A DNA stretch of 64,000 nt from Phyllosticta citribraziliensis (taxonomy: Eukaryota). Below, in pieces: positions 61,194 to 64,000 of this stretch. A model generated the notes under the pieces. It was not told where the DNA came from, made no database searches, and saw only the letters and a program-made list of their open reading frames with translations. The stretch's first letter is position 1; each line of letters begins with the position of its first letter. The position numbers were made by a program, and so were the translations under genes. The DNA is taken from NCBI RefSeq assembly GCF_038025025.1, contig NW_027117343.1, positions 1,798,001 through 1,862,000 of the forward strand, in the 5' to 3' direction.

Positions 61194-63947
61194 TTTTATA
61201 GCCGCTGGCGAAGACCGGGACGAGCAAAGCGTGTCCGGCCGGCCACATGGGCGCGGTCTGTCCACCGTGCTCATGCCTCCTCTCCTATCATCGCCAACGC
61301 ATCCGCTTTCCGCTGCGGGAGAACGGCGTTGGATGGTAGCAGCCATTATACCCACACAACGCTGAGGTATAGCATTTTGTGTAGAAGGGCGGTAGAAGAC
61401 AGCGTATGGCAGGGAGGCAAAGACAAGGGCAAAAAGAAAGTGAGAATTGCGAGTTGGCAGGTCTCCCAAGTAAAGCATGAGTGTATCGTCTTTAGTCCCA
61501 TGCGCGCAAATAAGCGTCGTAGGTAATGAGATGCAGAGAAAGCAGTGCAGGGAGAAGGGGGGTTTTATACGCGTGCTCGGCCGGAACCCCTGACCTCCTG
61601 ACCGCCGCCCTCACCCTCGTGCCCCTGACTGCTTGCCTCCTGACCACCTCCTCAGCCGGAACCTGGCAGCAGTGGTTTCAGCCTGTCTCCTGAAAACCGG
61701 AGTGGAGTGGAGTGCAGGGTATATAAACCCCCTGCCTCTCTCCCTGGCAAATCTTTCCTGTATAGCAGAGCAGACGCAGGCGAGTGGGCTCGCAAGAGAT
61801 CAAGGACATGATTACACTGCTGTGGAGGAACTCTCTGGGTGGAAAGTCAGACTGCAGCTGGTGTGTGTGTGGGTGTAAGTGTCTTTCTATCTCCGTTTTG
61901 CTCCCTTCTCGCGGGAGAGCAGCTCAGGGGCGTCGTTTTGCCACGATGTTGTACGCAGGCGAGGACACTCAGCGCTGGAGCACGGTGTCAACGGGACACG
62001 ATGTCGGCGCTGCTTGCTTTATGACGGGGGAAATGAGAGGATAAGGGGGTTCTGGTAGAACGTCTGACACAGCAAGACGGGCGGCAGCCACCGCAGTCAA
62101 ATCGTCTGGAAGGAGTTGTAGACGCCGACAGTTTTCGATTGGTTGGCTTCTTGTGGTGAGCCGAGCTTTCCAGCGCTGATGTCGTGGATGAGGGAGCAGA
62201 TTCAACGGGAGAGTGTAGGGGGTTTTATACGCTGAAGGAGGGCTAGCGCTTGTGATTTCCTACTTCTAGCGCGCGGGGGCAATGCGGCCCATGTAACGGC
62301 TGGAGCCCCTGACAGAGGAGTAGTATTTAAGTAGGAACTGACCTCGCACTTCTCTCACCAGTTGCGGATGCAGTGCCTTGGCTTTCCAAAAGCTGAGGAG
62401 AACTGCCAGCGACACTGTTGCAGAAGCTCAAAAGGATCCCCACTGTTGGTTTCCGTCGGCTGCCTTTTCTCTCTTTCCTTTCTCTTCCTGGGGAGTCAGA
62501 GGACGCAGCAACAGACAGCAATCCAGGGGTTCCATGGCACAGTGTCGCCGTCCACTAGTAAGGACACATGATGAACACTATCGCCGTCGAGGTATAAATC
62601 TGCGTCTCCACGCGAAGAGTATTAGGAAAAAGGTTATGAAAAGAGCAACCACCACAGCCAAAGAGTGATCCTTTTCGGTAATGGAGCCACCAACAGTGGC
62701 ATAATAGCCTCGTGGTTGCCACACAGCTCAGCGCGCTGGAATGACAAGAAGAAGGACATAGCTAAGAGCAAGAAGCTTCTTTTATACCTTAAAGGAGAGA
62801 GGAGACGTGGGCAAAGTCATATGTGCTGTGTCTTTATGATGCAGTGGCTTCCATTTCCTGCTTCGGCGCGACTGTGTCGACGTGTCGACGTGGCTGGCGT
62901 TGCATGTGACACCCCTACCTGCTGCCTTGCCTGGTACTCTTGCCCCTGAAGCTGCAGAGTATAAAAGCTGCCTACCCCCTTCTCAACGGATTCCTGCATC
63001 AAACGGACAGAGTTACAAAGCTTCGAAGGATGATAAGGTAGTCGGACTGTCTGTCTTTGTTTGGTAGGGACTCAACGACGCGACTGGTGCGCTCTGTTCT
63101 CCTCTTCTTGCCATCCTTTTGCATGCGCAATTCGCCATGGCGAAGCTTCAATTTGGCAGTGTTTTTGAGTATTCAAGGACTGCGGCGAGGCACCGTAATG
63201 ATGTCTAGCTGCGTTGAAGAACCACGACAATTTCCCAACATCGAAAGCAATTGGAGGAGAGGAATGTGTTTTCACCTCTGCACAAAGCCTCCACACAAAA
63301 CAGTCGTCATTCCGCTGAAGATGTTCGCCGACAGTCACAAAAGTCTTCGCGAGGGAAGTCATTAAGAGCTGAGAGGCTTGCAGACAAGTCAGCAAACAGA
63401 GACAGAAGGAGTAGTTTTATACCTTATGCGAGGGCGTAGAATGCGCTGGGCGCGCAACTCTGCCCTTGTGACTCTGAGCTTCTCGCCATTGCACGTGTCG
63501 TCCTTCAGGGCATCTGGCAGCGTCTTGAGGCCTATTTAAACCCACTCCTCCCTGTGCTAGAAATCTTTTGTCAACCAGACAGTCGGACATTGAGTGACTT
63601 CGCAAAGATTCGTACAGATGGACAACTGCTTGCCTTTATCAATCGCAAAATTTGTATGTTTCTTTTCTTCCGCTTCTTGTTTGTTGAGCCAGTGAGTCAT
63701 TCTGACAACTCGATTTCGTTGTGTTTTGGCGCGATGAACGGTCGCCGCATCAACAGGTAATGATGGATAGTGACGTAGCAAAAAATAGTGCTGGTAATTG
63801 AGTGGGGATTTGCAGAGGACGATGCAAGTAAATCCCTCCTCTCCAAAAGCACAAGAGAAGTAACAACTTTGATTTTTCCGAGCGAGTTACGAGTCTCAAA
63901 AGCCGCTCCTTGCGCCGTTGACTGAGTGAGGAGAGGGCAGTTTTATA
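61194..63947. promoter_or_regulatory. Array of TATA-box plus pyrimidine-tract core-promoter-like elements on both strands
   Basis: Minus-strand TATAAAA (seen as TTTTATA) at 61194, 61563, 62223, 62780, 63415, 63941. Plus-strand TATA-like boxes at 61720, 62324, 62593, 62960, 63533. Confidence 0.55.
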
Positions 63948-64000
63948 CGCAACCAAGGGCGCTGAAGAAGTCCGCACGCGCATTGCTCCTTGTGAGTCGT

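Noticed and set aside
60791..63983. Many 60-107 aa ORFs in the terminal region
   Set aside because: No shared sequence between them, no coding-like codon bias and no signal or domain motifs. The region is also not a CRISPR array: there are no identical repeats and the DNA is eukaryotic.

Overview
Eukaryotic DNA from a filamentous ascomycete: GT-AG introns with CTAAC/CTGAC branch points, high GC3 and many microsatellites. A Dothideomycete/Botryosphaeriales-like origin is my inference only. The window holds about 23 supportable protein-coding genes, mostly housekeeping: GH43 arabinanase, SH3 adaptor (Nbp2-like), Ssu72, a Zn2Cys6 transcription factor, a TRP/FLC-family membrane protein, an MDR oxidoreductase, DUF3605, HMG-CoA reductase, U2AF1, RPL23, Dib1, importin-11, a FolB-domain protein and UGP1. 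Three things stand out. (1) A secreted CalB-type lipase (39522-42320) whose N-terminal ~480 aa are ten related acidic peptide units, each ending at a KK/KR/ER/TR junction, i.e. a Kex2-processed repeat protein (KEP-like) fused to an enzyme. (2) A ~13.5 kb block of hydrolases and hydroxy-acid dehydrogenases between U2AF1 and RPL23 that looks accessory. (3) An apparently gene-free terminal 3 kb containing about 11 TATA-like elements, eight of them in four divergent pairs spaced ~0.55-0.65 kb apart that share a (C/G)CCCTGA motif. No rRNA, tRNA, CRISPR array or intact transposon was recognised. All family assignments come from motif recognition by eye, not database searches.
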